Positions 28,890-37,911 of a stretch of 47,456 nt of DNA are shown here, one piece after another. Source of the DNA: an uncultured Candidatus Saccharibacteria bacterium (lineage in GTDB: Bacteria > Patescibacteriota > Minisyncoccia > Phycocordibacterales > PALSA-1337). Each line of letters starts with the position of its first letter. Positions within the stretch are counted from its first letter, which is position 1. The translations under genes and the position numbers were made by a program. The notes under the pieces were generated by a model that was not told the DNA's origin, did not search any database, and saw nothing but the letters and a program-made list of their open reading frames with translations. Where the stretch lies: the NCBI GenBank assembly GCA_964412585.1, contig CAYPPJ010000007.1, positions 1 through 47,456 on the forward strand, written 5' to 3'.

Positions 28890-30029
28890 TTACTTATGTA
28901 CCGCGTACACTTCTGCAACGTCATCTAACATTTTTTCAAGTGAGAATTGTTTTGAAACGCGCTCTTTGAGAGCGGTGCCACTCTTTTTGCGTTCTTCAGG
29001 ATGTTCGATCATAAATGAGAGGGCGTGAGCAAGTTCGCGGATATTCTTTGGCTGAACTAATACACCTGATTTCATATCTTCAATAATCTCAGGAATGCCG
29101 CCAACGGTCGTGGCAATGACTGGTAATGAGGCATGTCCCGCTTCAAGAATGGTGTAGGGGAGACCTTCTTTGAGTGATGGGAGCACAAATATAGTGAATG
29201 CTTTCAAATATTCCGCGGCGTGATCCATGTAGCCAGCAAGAAAGACGTATTGCTCGAGTTTCTTTTCTTTGATGAGTGCTTGGAGGTTGTCTTTTTCTTG
29301 ACCATCACTGATGATGACCGAAATGGCTTGAGGGTATTGTTCAATCACTGAGGTCATCGCATTGATGAGATACGACAACCCTTTGTTTGGATGAAGTTCG
29401 GCGATAGTGCCGATGACAATTTTTTTGTTAAATTCAGGAATCGGCATGCCGATATGTTTTGCGATAGACTGCTTTGCGCCGTCTACTGATATGAATGTTG
29501 GGGATTTGATGCCGAGCGGGATGAGACGAAGCTTTTCTTTTATCCAAGGAAAGTTGAGTGTTTGAGCGTATTCGCGTTCTGACAAAAGTATTGTGGTGTG
29601 ACAGAGCATCATGGTGATCCATGAGAAGAATATAATCGCAAGACGTTGATGAATAGGCCTGCTCTCGTTGAATGTCCAGCCGTGGACGGTATATATAATG
29701 GATTTGACGCCAAGAATTCTTCCCGCGAGCGCGCCAAGACCAGCAGCTTTTGGACTGTGGACGTGAAGGATGTCGGGGCGACGGTGGCGAATGACGGAGA
29801 TGATTTCTTTGAGTGAGCCAGCGTCTTTGCCAATAGCAATATCGCGACCCATAGCCGCAATCGAATGAGTATAGATGCCGGCTGCCTCAAGACGGGTGCG
29901 CAAGGTGCCATTTCCCCCAAGCGCTACCGCGACTTCGTGCCCTCGATCCTTCATGGAGACCGCAAGATCAAATACGTGCCTTTGGGCACCACCCCAATTT
30001 GATTTGGTTATGAGATAGAGTATCTTCAT
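28890..30029 (-). CDS. GT4 family glycosyltransferase (start ATG 30029; the track's upstream extension is unlikely)
   Basis: MKILYLITKSNWGGAQRHV, PDILHVHS, FVLPSLKEGLPYTILEAG, VIATTVGGIPEII. Confidence 0.92.
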   Translation of the reverse strand: MKILYLITKSNWGGAQRHVFDLAVSMKDRGHEVAVALGGNGTLRTRLEAAGIYTHSIAAMGRDIAIGKDAGSLKEIISVIRHRRPDILHVHSPKAAGLGALAGRILGVKSIIYTVHGWTFNESRPIHQRLAIIFFSWITMMLCHTTILLSEREYAQTLNFPWIKEKLRLIPLGIKSPTFISVDGAKQSIAKHIGMPIPEFNKKIVIGTIAELHPNKGLSYLINAMTSVIEQYPQAISVIISDGQEKDNLQALIKEKKLEQYVFLAGYMDHAAEYLKAFTIFVLPSLKEGLPYTILEAGHASLPVIATTVGGIPEIIEDMKSGVLVQPKNIRELAHALSFMIEHPEERKKSGTALKERVSKQFSLEKMLDDVAEVYAVHK

Positions 30030-30107
30030 CACGTATACGCTAGCAAAAATAAGGCTTTTCGGCAAACGCTCTTGATACAACCATAAAATCATGGTAAGGT
30101 GTTGCCT

Positions 30108-31466
30108 ATGACTTCTATCGCTAGTAGCCGCCGAATCATATTCCTGATCCTGGGTGACCTCATCGGATACGTCTTTTCCCTCATTTTGACGCTCACCATT
30201 CGTTACGAGGCTTTGCCGAGTCGCGGTTTGTTTTACGACCACATCTCGTCTTTTGCTATATTGTTTGTCATTTTCTTACTTATTAGTTTCAGTGCAGGGC
30301 TCTATGATAAGCAGTCAATCGTACTTCGGGGACGTGTCGAAGGGTCACTTGTGCGGGTTCAGATTATCAACTTTCTGATCGGCATTGCATTCTTCTATTT
30401 TGCGCCAGTGGCTATTGCGCCAAAAGCAAATCTGTTCATCTATATTATTATCTCCACCGCAGTACTGATTGTTTGGCGTCGTATCATGTTTCCCGTTGTC
30501 ACCATCTCTCGAAAACAGTCAGCTGTTCTTGTAGGAGCGGGCGAAGATGTTGGTGATATTTTTGATGAGATTAATACGACCGGTCGTTACGGCCTGGTAT
30601 TCAAGGAACAAGTTATACCAAGTGACGTGGTTGGCGATACGGTCAAACGCATCTCAGCCGCTGTTCAACAGGCCGGTGCGTCTATTATTGTTGCTGACCT
30701 CCATGACCGCCGAATTGAGGCAGCCATACCGTTTTTGTATTCGCTTATTTTCTCGGGGGCTCAGATTATCGATGCAAGCAAAATGTATGAATCGATCTTT
30801 GATCGTATCCCACTCTCGATGGTGGGAGAGCGTTGGCTTATAGAAAACTCGGGAACAGCGCTGGGTACCCGTCATGTCTATGATGGCCTCAAGCGCACCG
30901 TTGATGCGTGCATCGCGGTAATTGGAGGCTTAGTGTCGTTGGTATTTTATCCGTTTGTATACATTGCTATTAAGCTCGATGATAAGGGGCCAATTTTCAT
31001 TTCCCAAGATCGTGTTGGGTACAAAGGCAAGACGGTGCGGATTATTAAGTTTAGGACGATGTCAGGTAATGATAATGGAAAATATGGAGCTGCTGGTGTC
31101 ACCAAGAACGTTGTTACTCGAGTCGGCTCCTTCCTTCGTCGATCGCGTATCGATGAACTTCCTCAGTTTTGGAATGTTATAAAAGGAGACCTATCAATGG
31201 TTGGTCCGCGCCCAGAACTACCATCGCTCGTAGCTATTTATAAAAATGAGATTTCATACTATGAATCCCGCCACCTGGTAAAGCCGGGACTATTTGGTTG
31301 GGCACAGATATATCATGAAAGCCATCCGCATCATGAGATTGCTACCGAGGAGACGCGCAATAAACTTTCCTATGATATGTACTATATAAAGAACCGTTCA
31401 CTCATGCTTGATCTCAAGATCGTATTAAGGACGCTTCAGATCCTTATCCGAAGGAGTGGGAGGTAA
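30108..31466 (+). CDS. Polyprenyl-phosphate sugar-1-phosphate transferase (WcaJ/WbaP-type 'sugar transferase')
   Basis: Four N-terminal TMs; KR.VD...; IIKFRTM; TRVGSFLRRSRIDELPQFWNVIKGDLSMVGPRPE; VKPGLFGWAQI; DMYYIKNRS..LD.KI. Confidence 0.92.
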   Translation: MTSIASSRRIIFLILGDLIGYVFSLILTLTIRYEALPSRGLFYDHISSFAILFVIFLLISFSAGLYDKQSIVLRGRVEGSLVRVQIINFLIGIAFFYFAPVAIAPKANLFIYIIISTAVLIVWRRIMFPVVTISRKQSAVLVGAGEDVGDIFDEINTTGRYGLVFKEQVIPSDVVGDTVKRISAAVQQAGASIIVADLHDRRIEAAIPFLYSLIFSGAQIIDASKMYESIFDRIPLSMVGERWLIENSGTALGTRHVYDGLKRTVDACIAVIGGLVSLVFYPFVYIAIKLDDKGPIFISQDRVGYKGKTVRIIKFRTMSGNDNGKYGAAGVTKNVVTRVGSFLRRSRIDELPQFWNVIKGDLSMVGPRPELPSLVAIYKNEISYYESRHLVKPGLFGWAQIYHESHPHHEIATEETRNKLSYDMYYIKNRSLMLDLKIVLRTLQILIRRSGR

Positions 31467-31510
31467 TTGGGCTATATTCGCTTCGCTCATAGAGCGTCGG
31501 CGTTCGGATG

Positions 31511-31536
31511 TTGTAAATGCGAAAAGGCATTTACAA
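31511..31536. terminator. Perfect 10-bp inverted repeat between sugar transferase and secD
   Basis: ttgtaaatgc-gaaaag-gcatttacaa; function (terminator or operator) not determinable. Confidence 0.45.
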
Positions 31537-31566
31537 ATCCTCACTTCTAGCTATAATACCCCCCAT

Positions 31567-33051
31567 ATGCTAAAACATCGCGCACGAGCTGTTATGCTCC
31601 TCATTGTCGCCGCAGCTATCGGCTATTTTGTTTATGTATCTGACCAGCCAGGCAGTACATTTCCATTTCGTCTTGGTCTCGACCTCTCGGGCGGAACTCA
31701 TCTCGTATATCAGGCTGATGTCTCAAAGTTGGCAGCTACGGACATAGGCGATTCCATGTCGTCTCTTAGGGATGTCGTCGAACGTCGCGTCAACCAGTTT
31801 GGCGTCAGCGAGCCATTGGTGCAGACCGAAGAAGCCAAAACTCTCAGTTCAAAAGAGAGTGCGTACAAACTTATTGTTGAGTTGCCCGGAGTGACTGATG
31901 CAGAGGAGGCCGCGCGATCTATTGGTGCGACACCGTCTCTTGAGTTCAAATTGGTGACGGCAGATGCTATGCGCTCATTCCAGGCTTCGAGTACTGAGAT
32001 CGCAAGCACAACCTTGCAGCAGGCGGCTTATATGGCTCTTTTCACACCGACTGGTCTCAATGGTAGTATGGTGGCAAAAGCAACACTCGAATTTAATACC
32101 ACAACCAATCAGCCAATTGTTGGGTTGACCTTTACTAGTGATGGTCGAGATCTGTTTGCGAAACTTACCAAAGATAACATAGGGAACTACCTCGGTATTT
32201 TCCTTGATGGAAAAGATATCTCTGTTCCTGTTGTGCGAGATGCTATTGTTGATGGCAAAGCCCAGATCAGTGGTTCATTTACGATCGATGAAGCCAAGCG
32301 TCTAGTCCGTGACCTCAACTACGGCGCTCTTCCTGTTCCTATCAAACTTATTTCTACACAAACTATCGGTCCATCACTTGGTCAGGCAGCAGTCAACGGA
32401 GGCATCAAGGCAGGCGTTGTTGCGTTCATCATCATTGCCATATTCCTGATCATTTGGTACCGCGTGCCAGGAGTTATTGCCGTCATTGCTCTGGCGTGTT
32501 ATATCGCTCTCAACCTTGCAATCTTCAAGATTGGTGTTTCGCCGGCACTTTTAGTGATTGTGCTTTTCTTTGGATTTTTGTCCATGTGGTGGCACCGAGG
32601 ATTTCTATTTGGTATTCCGGTTGCCTACATTCTCCTGGCACTTATTCCAGGAGCCTTGAGCCCCGTCACTCTTACCGCGACCGGTATCGCGGGGTTCATC
32701 CTCTCTATCGGTATGGCTGTCGACGCAAACATTCTCATCTTTGAGCGCATGAAGGAGGAGTTGGCTCGTGGCCACGGTATTTGGGAAGCTATGCATGAAG
32801 GCTTTGACCGCGCCTGGTTGTCTATCCGTGACTCGAATACCTCGAGTATCATTACTGGTATTATCTTGTTTGCTTTTGGCAGTAGCGCAGTGATCACTGG
32901 TTTTGCACTCGTCTTCGTTGTCGGCGTGGTCGTCTCTATGTTCACGGCTATCACTGCTTCACGTCTGTTCCTCTATGCGGTGGCACCGACCAAGACGAGC
33001 AAGCTTACGTCATTCCTTATCAGCAATGGATTCCGCCGTTCGCGGTCATAA
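31567..33051 (+). CDS. secD: Protein translocase subunit SecD (start ATG 31567)
   Basis: RLGLDLSGG, ERRVNQFGVSEP, VELPGV, GALPVP, IGPSLG, GIAGFILSIGMAVDANILIFERMKEE, IRDSNTSS. Confidence 0.96.
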   Translation: MLKHRARAVMLLIVAAAIGYFVYVSDQPGSTFPFRLGLDLSGGTHLVYQADVSKLAATDIGDSMSSLRDVVERRVNQFGVSEPLVQTEEAKTLSSKESAYKLIVELPGVTDAEEAARSIGATPSLEFKLVTADAMRSFQASSTEIASTTLQQAAYMALFTPTGLNGSMVAKATLEFNTTTNQPIVGLTFTSDGRDLFAKLTKDNIGNYLGIFLDGKDISVPVVRDAIVDGKAQISGSFTIDEAKRLVRDLNYGALPVPIKLISTQTIGPSLGQAAVNGGIKAGVVAFIIIAIFLIIWYRVPGVIAVIALACYIALNLAIFKIGVSPALLVIVLFFGFLSMWWHRGFLFGIPVAYILLALIPGALSPVTLTATGIAGFILSIGMAVDANILIFERMKEELARGHGIWEAMHEGFDRAWLSIRDSNTSSIITGIILFAFGSSAVITGFALVFVVGVVVSMFTAITASRLFLYAVAPTKTSKLTSFLISNGFRRSRS

Positions 33052-33060
33052 TATACATAT

Positions 33061-33954
33061 ATGTGGGTTATAAAATATAGAAAAATCTTTTACTCGCTTT
33101 CCTTGATACTCGTTATTGCGGCGATTGTCGCACTTTCCATCTGGGGAGTGAAGCCGGGCATTGATTTTACCGGCGGTACACTCGTTGAGGTTTCCTATCC
33201 AGAGACGATGCCGACCCAAGATGAAGTTGCGACGAAGTTGGCAGTTCTTGATTCGTCTGCCTCGATTCGTCCAACAGGAACCGATGGATACATCATCCGC
33301 ATGAAGCCGATCGAACAAGGCGAGAAGACTGCAGTCAATGCCGCGCTTTCTATCGATGGCACGCACAAGATAGTTGAAAAGAATTTCTCTTCGATTGGTC
33401 CAATACTCGGATCAGAGGCTCTTCGTAAATCACTCTGGTCTATCGTCCTTGTCGTTATTGCCATTGTCCTCTTTATTACTTTTGCATTCCGTAAGGTCTC
33501 AGAGCCAGTTTCTTCTTGGAAATATGGATTGGCAGCGATCGTTGCGCTTGCACATGACGTTATTATTCCGACAGGCGTCTTTGCTGTCCTTGGTCATTTT
33601 ATCGGCTACGAGGTGGACACACTGTTCGTGACTGCGCTTTTGGTGGTCTTGGGTTTTTCAGTTCACGATACTATCGTGGTGTTCGATCGTGTCCGAGAAA
33701 ATCTCCACACCCAATCGCAGAAACCGTTTGATGAAGTTGTCGGCATGAGCGTTGGTCAAACCTTCACTCGTTCGATTAATACCTCATTGACTACGTTGAT
33801 TGCGCTTGTTGTCCTGTACGTTCTCGGTGGTTCAACCACAGAACATTTCTCACTCGCTCTTATTATTGGTATTGCTGCCGGTACCTATTCTTCTATCTTT
33901 GTTGGCTCACCACTGTTGGTGACCATGGAGAAGTTTGCTCGCAAGAAGAAATAA
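33061..33954 (+). CDS. secF: Protein translocase subunit SecF
   Basis: GIDFTGGT, IGPILGSE, ALAHDV, LGFSVHDTIVVFDRVREN, QTFTRSINTS, GTYSSIF. Confidence 0.97.
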   Translation: MWVIKYRKIFYSLSLILVIAAIVALSIWGVKPGIDFTGGTLVEVSYPETMPTQDEVATKLAVLDSSASIRPTGTDGYIIRMKPIEQGEKTAVNAALSIDGTHKIVEKNFSSIGPILGSEALRKSLWSIVLVVIAIVLFITFAFRKVSEPVSSWKYGLAAIVALAHDVIIPTGVFAVLGHFIGYEVDTLFVTALLVVLGFSVHDTIVVFDRVRENLHTQSQKPFDEVVGMSVGQTFTRSINTSLTTLIALVVLYVLGGSTTEHFSLALIIGIAAGTYSSIFVGSPLLVTMEKFARKKK

Positions 33955-33959
33955 TTTCT

Positions 33960-34898
33960 CTAGAGTCCTAGATAGTGCAAAAATTCTTTGAGCTCGTCAC
34001 CTTCGATCACTCGGTATGAGTTTGGGGGTAATGTGTCGAGCTTTATATTCAATATCTCGGTGCGAGTGATATTCTCAACTTCTGCAAAAAAGAGTGACAC
34101 CATCTGACGTACACGGCTGTCTGTTTCGGCGACGCGAATACTGAAAAGACTATCGCTCATCATATGTACAGTACACTGGATAGGGACGGATGGAGCGCCG
34201 TGGATTCCTGCGCCGCGTGTATCTTTTTGACCGAGAATAACACCAGCCTCCATTTTTTCCTTGAAGTTCGGTTTGACCGGATTGACTGTGCGTACCGCAT
34301 AGACTTTCATGTGTGAGTGGGCGGGGTTGAGGAGACGATTCACAATACGACGGTCATTAGTGAGAATAACCAGGCCATCTGAATGTGTATCAAGTCCACA
34401 CACGGGGAAGACGTTTTTGAGATGAATTTTCTGACTGATGCTGGTGCCCTTGGTAGTTGGCTCGGTGCTGATCCCGCGTGCTTTGTTGTACGCATAATAG
34501 ACATAAGCTTCCTGCGGACGGTTGGCGCGCAGTTCGATAATGTCGGTTTCCTGAATTTGTTCGCCAATGACGGCAAGTCGGCCATTGATGGTCACTGCAC
34601 GTTTCTTGATAAGTTCATCGGCGCCGGCACGAGTGCAGTAGCCTTTCCAGGAAAGATACTTGTTGATGCGCATGGGGAATTCGCCGGGTGCACGAGTGGG
34701 AATAGGGGAAGGGCCTTTGGTGCGGACTGGTGTCATAAGACCCTGGCTCCGCTCACTTTGTTCGCGGGTTGGTTTGGTGAATGTGGAAGTGATAGGTGAG
34801 CTGGTCGGGCGCGACGAACGAGCTGGTGCACCAAATCGTGTACGGCCTGATGGTCGTGCTTTTCGAGGGAATTGGGGCTTGAATGAGGAGTTTTTCAT
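33960..34898 (-). CDS. RsuA/RluB/RluF-family pseudouridine synthase homolog with S4 domain; catalytic motifs divergent
   Basis: MRINKYLS..GYCTRAGADELI...VTING (S4), YNKARG, CGLD.HSDGLVILTND, KVYAV. Confidence 0.8.
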   Translation of the reverse strand: MKNSSFKPQFPRKARPSGRTRFGAPARSSRPTSSPITSTFTKPTREQSERSQGLMTPVRTKGPSPIPTRAPGEFPMRINKYLSWKGYCTRAGADELIKKRAVTINGRLAVIGEQIQETDIIELRANRPQEAYVYYAYNKARGISTEPTTKGTSISQKIHLKNVFPVCGLDTHSDGLVILTNDRRIVNRLLNPAHSHMKVYAVRTVNPVKPNFKEKMEAGVILGQKDTRGAGIHGAPSVPIQCTVHMMSDSLFSIRVAETDSRVRQMVSLFFAEVENITRTEILNIKLDTLPPNSYRVIEGDELKEFLHYLGL

Positions 34899-35160
34899 AG
34901 GATGTAATGAGAGCGCACTGTACCATGAAATGATTAAAATGGCGAGGTATTTGAACTATTCGGGATTTCCGAATAGTTGAAGTCAGTATGTGCAAAATAT
35001 GCACGTACTGGTGTAGATAAAAGCAATATGCAAAAAGTTAGATAATTCTGTCCACAGAATACACACAGCTTTATCACTCGTTTAGATTTTTGTCGACGTG
35101 TATTCATAGTATATTTGCAACAACGCCTGCACTCGTATTATTCCTGCCTAATATATTTAT

Positions 35161-35688
35161 ATGAAAAAAATCAATACAAAGCAGCAACAAAATGTATCAA
35201 AAAATAGTGTTGTACTTTACACAAATACAGATGGTAATGTCGAACTGCGTGCCGATGTGAAGAAGGATACGTTGTGGGCGACCCAAGAACAGATTGCTCA
35301 AATATTTGGTACCACAAAACAAGTTATTAGTTGGCACACAGTAAATATTTTCAAAGAAGGTGAGTTGAATAAAATTTCAGTTGTCAAAGAATCTTTGACA
35401 ACTGCCGCTGACGGTAAAAGATACAAAACAAACTTCTACAACCTCGACTCCATCATCGCCGTCGGCTACCGCGTCAATTCCAAGAAAGCTACACAGTTTC
35501 GCATCTGGGCCACCACCATCCTCCGCACCTATCTCGTCTCTGGTCATGCACTCAATACGCACGTACTTACCACATCGCCAGATAAATTCATCGGCCTCGA
35601 CGAAGCTGTGGCACTGCTCAAATCATCGAAGCATCCGGGGAAATTGAAGGGGAATCTCATACTCAAAATCAAGAAGGAGGTGGTGTAG
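35161..35688 (+). CDS. RhuM-family protein (short form, N-terminal domain)
   Basis: LWATQEQIAQIFGTT...ISWH..NIFKEGEL, FYNLDSIIAVGYRVNSKKATQFRIWAT. Confidence 0.88.
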   Translation: MKKINTKQQQNVSKNSVVLYTNTDGNVELRADVKKDTLWATQEQIAQIFGTTKQVISWHTVNIFKEGELNKISVVKESLTTAADGKRYKTNFYNLDSIIAVGYRVNSKKATQFRIWATTILRTYLVSGHALNTHVLTTSPDKFIGLDEAVALLKSSKHPGKLKGNLILKIKKEVV

Positions 35689-35698
35689 AGGAGTAGTG

Positions 35699-35747
35699 TA
35701 AACAAAAAGCCCGCCTTGCGAACAGAGGTCTTCTGTTGCAAAGCGGG
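35699..35747 (-). terminator. Intrinsic terminator downstream of the Clp-N gene
   Basis: Long hairpin cccgc-cttgc-gaacaga / tctgtt-gcaa-agcggg followed by a T run on the minus strand. Confidence 0.65.
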
Positions 35748-35781
35748 AGCACGTGATGTCTGACGTACGCGAACCGACGCT

Positions 35782-36228
35782 TTAGCGCAACCCTTCTTTG
35801 GGGAATTTGGCCAGCGTCTCTTTGTAATTGATCTTGAGCTTTTTCAGCACCTGAGCCGCCAGGCCGTCTCCTTCGTAGAGGATGCCGAGAAACAGATGCC
35901 ATGGCTCGATATGGTCGAGGCCAAACTCGTGTTTGGCAATCCGTCCTGCGAGCCCGATAACTTTTTGGGAACGCGGGGTCAGCCTCATTTGTCCGTAGCT
36001 TTTACGAGGCACCACTTCCCCCACTTCTTTGATGATAGTCTTCCAGATCTTGACGTTGTCGAGGCCTACAAGCTTGTTGAGGACAATCACCGTATCATGG
36101 TCTTGGCAGAGCGACAGCATCAGATGTTCGGTACAAATGACGTCGCTGTGCATCTCGCTGGCAAGAAGGCCTGCGAATGAGATGACCGTTGAGGTCGCGT
36201 GTGAACGTACGACATTTGGAATGTTCAT
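35782..36228 (-). CDS. Stand-alone Clp N-terminal (double Clp-R repeat) domain protein, copy 1 (start ATG 36228)
   Basis: ICTEHLMLSL and LTPRSQKVIGLA...IEPWHLFLGILYEGDGLAAQVLKK; no AAA+ module; TTGACA-16-TAAGGT promoter upstream. Confidence 0.85.
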   Translation of the reverse strand: MNIPNVVRSHATSTVISFAGLLASEMHSDVICTEHLMLSLCQDHDTVIVLNKLVGLDNVKIWKTIIKEVGEVVPRKSYGQMRLTPRSQKVIGLAGRIAKHEFGLDHIEPWHLFLGILYEGDGLAAQVLKKLKINYKETLAKFPKEGLR

Positions 36229-36254
36229 TATTTGTCTTTCGTTGGGCTGGTGAC

Positions 36255-36282
36255 ACCTTACCTCAAGGAAGAGGAATGTCAA
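36255..36282 (-). promoter_or_regulatory. sigma70-type promoter for Clp-N copy 1
   Basis: Minus strand TTGACA (36282-36277), 16-nt spacer, TAAGGT (36260-36255). Confidence 0.55.
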
Positions 36283-36345
36283 GAATGGCGGTATAAACAA
36301 AAAGCCCGTCTCCCAAAATAGACCCAAAAATGCTACCATCACCCC

Positions 36346-36633
36346 ATGAATCCTCCCGAATCCAACCCGCCCACCCTCGAGAGCCTCTCAGCCGAGATTG
36401 CCGCTCTCAAAGCCCGTAATACCCGCGTCGAAGCCGCCAAAGGCTGGGAAACCAGCGCCACCCGCAGGATCCTCATTGCCGCGTTCACCTATATCGTCAT
36501 CGTCCTCTTCTTCCTCGCCGCCGGCCTGCCCAAGCCATTCGTCAATCCAATCGTGCCCACCGTCGGGTTCCTCTTGTCCACGCTGTCGCTCGAGTACGTG
36601 AGGAGGAGGTGGGGTTTAAATAAAAACAAGTAA
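36346..36633 (+). CDS. Small conserved hypothetical membrane protein (coiled coil + 2 TM)
   Basis: RN.RVE..K.WETS.TRR...FTY...PF.N.IVPT.GFLLSTLSL pattern; TGc-TACCAT 6 nt before ATG. Confidence 0.75.
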   Translation: MNPPESNPPTLESLSAEIAALKARNTRVEAAKGWETSATRRILIAAFTYIVIVLFFLAAGLPKPFVNPIVPTVGFLLSTLSLEYVRRRWGLNKNK

Positions 36634-36649
36634 TCGGTATTTAATTTTT

Positions 36650-36868
36650 ATGATTAAAGATAATTGGTTCAAGTTAGTGATTGTTGTTCTGGCGATTGTG
36701 GGTATTATTCTCGGTTTTAATTATGGTGAAGCAAGAGATACTTCAGAGAAACAGTTGCAAATTTTAAAAATTTGTATGGGCACAGTCAATCCAGATTCGC
36801 TAAAGGATTACGAATCGCTGAAAATCAATCTTGGGCTATGTGATAAGTTGAGCAGAGAATTTAGGTAA
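36650..36868 (+). CDS. Small hypothetical protein with N-terminal signal anchor
   Basis: IKDNWFKL + hydrophobic stretch; AT-rich leader before ATG. Confidence 0.55.
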   Translation: MIKDNWFKLVIVVLAIVGIILGFNYGEARDTSEKQLQILKICMGTVNPDSLKDYESLKINLGLCDKLSREFR

Positions 36869-36890
36869 ATTTATTATTCACATCTTTTCC

Positions 36891-36916
36891 ACCTCGAGAC
36901 CTTCTCGAGGTCTTTT
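36891..36916 (+). terminator. Probable intrinsic terminator
   Basis: acctcgaga-cct-tctcgaggt followed by ctttt. Confidence 0.5.
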
Positions 36917-37036
36917 GGTTTGCTATAATCCTGATACAAGAAATTCCCCTCCGCACAACTCAATAATTATGTCCCAAATTGCAACTATTTTTTAGGGAAA
37001 TGGCTAGATTAGCAATGCCTCGTAATTTAATATACT

Positions 37037-37906
37037 ATGTACATTACACCTCCATTATCGCCGGTTATGATTAACAAGAAGATATTATCTCGTGTTGAAA
37101 CAAAGCCTTATTTTCAGAAAGGTGACTTTGTTTTGTATCACGGAGACTCACTGAGTATCCTCGCTCAGTTACCTGAAAATTCAATAGATATGATTTTCGC
37201 AGATCCACCGTACAATCTCTCGAATGGTGGCTTTAGTGTTCATGCAGGAAAGATGGTCAGTGTCGACAAGGGTGACTGGGATAAGAGTAAAGGATTCAAA
37301 GATGACTACGATTTCCATCATCGTTGGTTAGAAGCATGCAAACGCGTCTTGAAACCGAATGGAACACTGTGGGTGAGCGGGACATATCATTCGATTTATC
37401 AGTGTGGTCATGCGTTGCAATCATTGGGATACCATATCCTCAATGATATCTCATGGTTCAAACCAAACGCATCTCCAAACTTGAGTTGCAGATTTTTTAC
37501 TGCAAGTCACGAGACTATTATTTGGGCTCGCAAAGACAAGAAGGGTAAGCACACCTTCAATTATCAGGACATGAAGACCAAAGAGTGGCCTGATGATTTT
37601 TTCAAGAATGGGGGAAAACAGATGAGAAGTGTGTGGCATATTCCTGAAACAGAAAGTGTTTGGACAGTTGGTACACCAAAGAAAGAAGAGAAGATTTACG
37701 GAAAGCACCCAACCCAGAAACCTCTGGAACTATTAAAGAGGATTGTGCTGGCGAGTACTAATAAAGGAGAAATTATTCTCGATCCATTCGCTGGGAGTTC
37801 AACAACCGGAATTGCTTCGATTATGCATGGCCGAAAGTTTTTGGGTATTGATATGGACAAAGGGTTTCTAGATTTATCAAAGAAGAGGGCGTTAGATATA
37901 ATATAG
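37037..37906 (+). CDS. Beta-class N6-adenine DNA methyltransferase, DpnA-like (start may be ATG 37067)
   Basis: IFADPPYNLSNGG, VDKGDWD, GKQMRSVW, KHPTQKPLELLKRI, ILDPFAGSSTTG. Confidence 0.92.
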   Translation: MYITPPLSPVMINKKILSRVETKPYFQKGDFVLYHGDSLSILAQLPENSIDMIFADPPYNLSNGGFSVHAGKMVSVDKGDWDKSKGFKDDYDFHHRWLEACKRVLKPNGTLWVSGTYHSIYQCGHALQSLGYHILNDISWFKPNASPNLSCRFFTASHETIIWARKDKKGKHTFNYQDMKTKEWPDDFFKNGGKQMRSVWHIPETESVWTVGTPKKEEKIYGKHPTQKPLELLKRIVLASTNKGEIILDPFAGSSTTGIASIMHGRKFLGIDMDKGFLDLSKKRALDII

Positions 37907-37911
37907 CTATC

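Noticed and set aside
30030-30242. Long N-terminal extensions in the ORF track (GT4 to 30242; also secD 31456, Clp-N 36342, ORF6N 46378)
   Set aside because: They overlap neighbours or promoters; homology starts at downstream ATGs that have -10 boxes.
35040-35075. DnaA-box-like words (tgtccaca, atacacaca; also ttatcccca near 2461 on the minus strand) as oriC
   Set aside because: Few, degenerate, and no dnaA/dnaN context.
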